A stretch of 51,608 bases of DNA, the filler included, from Catajapyx aquilonaris (taxonomy: Eukaryota): assembly GCA_000934665.2 (NCBI GenBank). It is 2 parts of 2 records of this genome, joined end to end, with 100 filler letters (N's around TTAATTAATTAA, not from the genome) between each part and the next. Parts side by side here need not be neighbours in the genome. Positions count along the whole stretch, not along the records: positions 25,881 to 51,608 come from JYFJ02005311.1; 1 more part is not named here. One strand, given 5' to 3'. A model generated the notes under the pieces. It was not told the origin of the DNA and did no database searches. It saw only the letters and a program-made list of their open reading frames with translations. Position 1 is the stretch's first letter. Every line of letters starts with the position of its first letter. The translations under genes and the position numbers were made by a program. Positions 50,160-51,608 of this stretch are shown in pieces.

Positions 50160-51116
50160 GACCAATTTCCAGTTGCGCGCCTCTCGCAGCCAAATTTGCC
50201 CTGCCATCAAAATGCGCGTTACATGCGCAGAGGCGGGACTTCCCTATCCCTGCCCATGTTAAATGGCCTCTGCTTGCTCGCGTGTGATGGTTTGGCCCCG
50301 GGGCAGATCTTGTTGGTAATTTTTTTTGTAAGTGACCAGAGACTGGACCTTCCCTGCCTGAAGTGAATTGGCCGCGAGGTGAACTGCCCCGGAGTTATTT
50401 TATGACCGGTGACCGCGCTTTTCTCATTATTATCCGCCCTCTTATTGTCCGCGTTTGGTCCCGGGGCAGATCTTGTTGAGCATGAACCCTTTTGATAAGG
50501 GACCTTCCTTTTGACTATGATTGCGAGTTTGTAGCTCGCTCATTAAAAAATTTTTAAATCTGTCGTTTCTTCTAAAATCTAAATGTTTGTGATACGTATC
50601 TATACCGTATACGCGCATATTTTTGCAGCAGTTCTGTTATGCTGGGAGCCTAAAATGCGCACTGTAATTTATGAAATTAGTGGAACCATTTTAAAAATTC
50701 TCAGCAAGATCGCCCCAGGGCCAAACCACCAAACACGGACAAAAGAGGGCGGATAATAATGAGAAAAGCGCGGGCGCCCCTCACAAAATAACTTCCGGGG
50801 CAGTTCGCCTCGTGGCCGATTCACTTCAGGCACCTGGTAAGGGAATGTCCAGTCCCTGGTCACTCCAAAAAAAAAAAAAAAATACCAGCAAGATCTGCCC
50901 TGGGGGCAGACCACCTGATGCGGACAAGCGTAGTCCGGATAGCAATGAGACAAGAGCGATCACCATTCACAAAATCACTCCGGGGGCTAATTAACATTTG
51001 GAACCTGGTGAATAGGAAAGTCCCGCCTCTGCACTAATGCCGCCATTTTGATGGCAAGCCAAATATGGCCGTGAGAGGCGTGCAACTGGAAATTGGTCAA
51101 TTAATGTCCGGTACTG
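50156..51116. mobile_element. Large foldback element (arms ~50156-50480 and ~50700-51116)
   Basis: Collinear inverted blocks, e.g. AATTGACCAATTTCCAGTTGC / GCAACTGGAAATTGGTCAATT and CGCGCTTTTCTCATTATTATCCGCCCTCTT / AAGAGGGCGGATAATAATGAGAAAAGCGCG. Right end ATTAATGTCCGGTACTG|TA. Confidence 0.85.
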
Positions 51117-51118
51117 TA

Positions 51119-51523
51119 CAGTGCTGGACAAATTAGCCGTCGCTGAATGTTTTTTTTCCGGGGGCGACGGCGTTACCTGGCAACCCCTTCCGGCTGGCCA
51201 ATTCAAACATCAGCCCATGGAGAGCGCTTCCATTGTTGCCACTGTTTACAAATCGAGTGAGTGACCCCAAAATGACTTATTGCTTCTAACATCATTATTT
51301 TCCCCGTTTTCTCCTGCATATCCCTGCAAATACTGTGTAAGCAGGCAGAAGAGACCCGTCGCTGGGTCGTCCACGTCACTCACTCGATTTGTAAACAGTG
51401 GCAACAATGAAAGCGCTCTCCATGGGCTGATGTTTGAATTGGCCCGCTGGACAGGGTAACCAGGTAACGCGGCCGCCGCCGCCGGAAAAAAACATTCAGC
51501 GACGGCTAATTTGTCCAGCACTG
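51119..51523. mobile_element. Tc1/mariner-type MITE, 405 bp, long TIRs (~145 bp), TA TSD
   Basis: TA|CAGTGCTGGACAAATTAGCCGTCGCTGAATGTTTTTTTTCCGG ... CCGGAAAAAAACATTCAGCGACGGCTAATTTGTCCAGCACTG|TA. The inner arms are also nearly perfect. Confidence 0.93.
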
Positions 51524-51608
51524 TAGCCTGCTAGGCACTACAGCCCCTGATCAATAATTTTGTCGCTTCATGATTATCCTGCAAACAAGTGGTATTAGCA
51601 CTGTACTT

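Overview
Eukaryotic, most likely arthropod, genomic DNA in two segments. They are joined at 25781-25880 by an artificial linker (44 N + TTAATTAATTAA + 44 N), so they may not be contiguous in vivo. Segment 1 (1-25780) is mostly non-coding and G/T-skewed. It carries the first coding exon of a FAM43-like PTB/PID-domain gene (+, 11304-11466), a near-perfect 118-nt hairpin, satellites and a few eroded TE relics. Segment 2 opens with a ~15.5 kb mosaic (25881-41440) of short, internally duplicated, scrambled coding fragments. These come from a DUF6729-type DDE transposase (about 8 pieces), piggyBac, Transib/RAG1-like, an R1-clade LINE, and Myb-, BED- and C2H2-like domains. Essentially all are on the + strand, the DNA-transposon pieces show no recognisable termini, and several retain spliceosomal introns. 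Downstream (41.5-51.6 kb) the base skew is reversed, there are candidate minus-strand exons pointing toward the mosaic, and there is a dense set of MITEs (Harbinger-, hAT- and Tc1/mariner-type, some chained through shared TA sites). The leading hypothesis, which is inference and not demonstrated, is an antisense uni-strand piRNA-cluster-like TE fragment library assembled by DNA-level fragment capture. Family assignments come from remembered motifs, not database searches. No prokaryotic features, CRISPR arrays or rRNA were seen.
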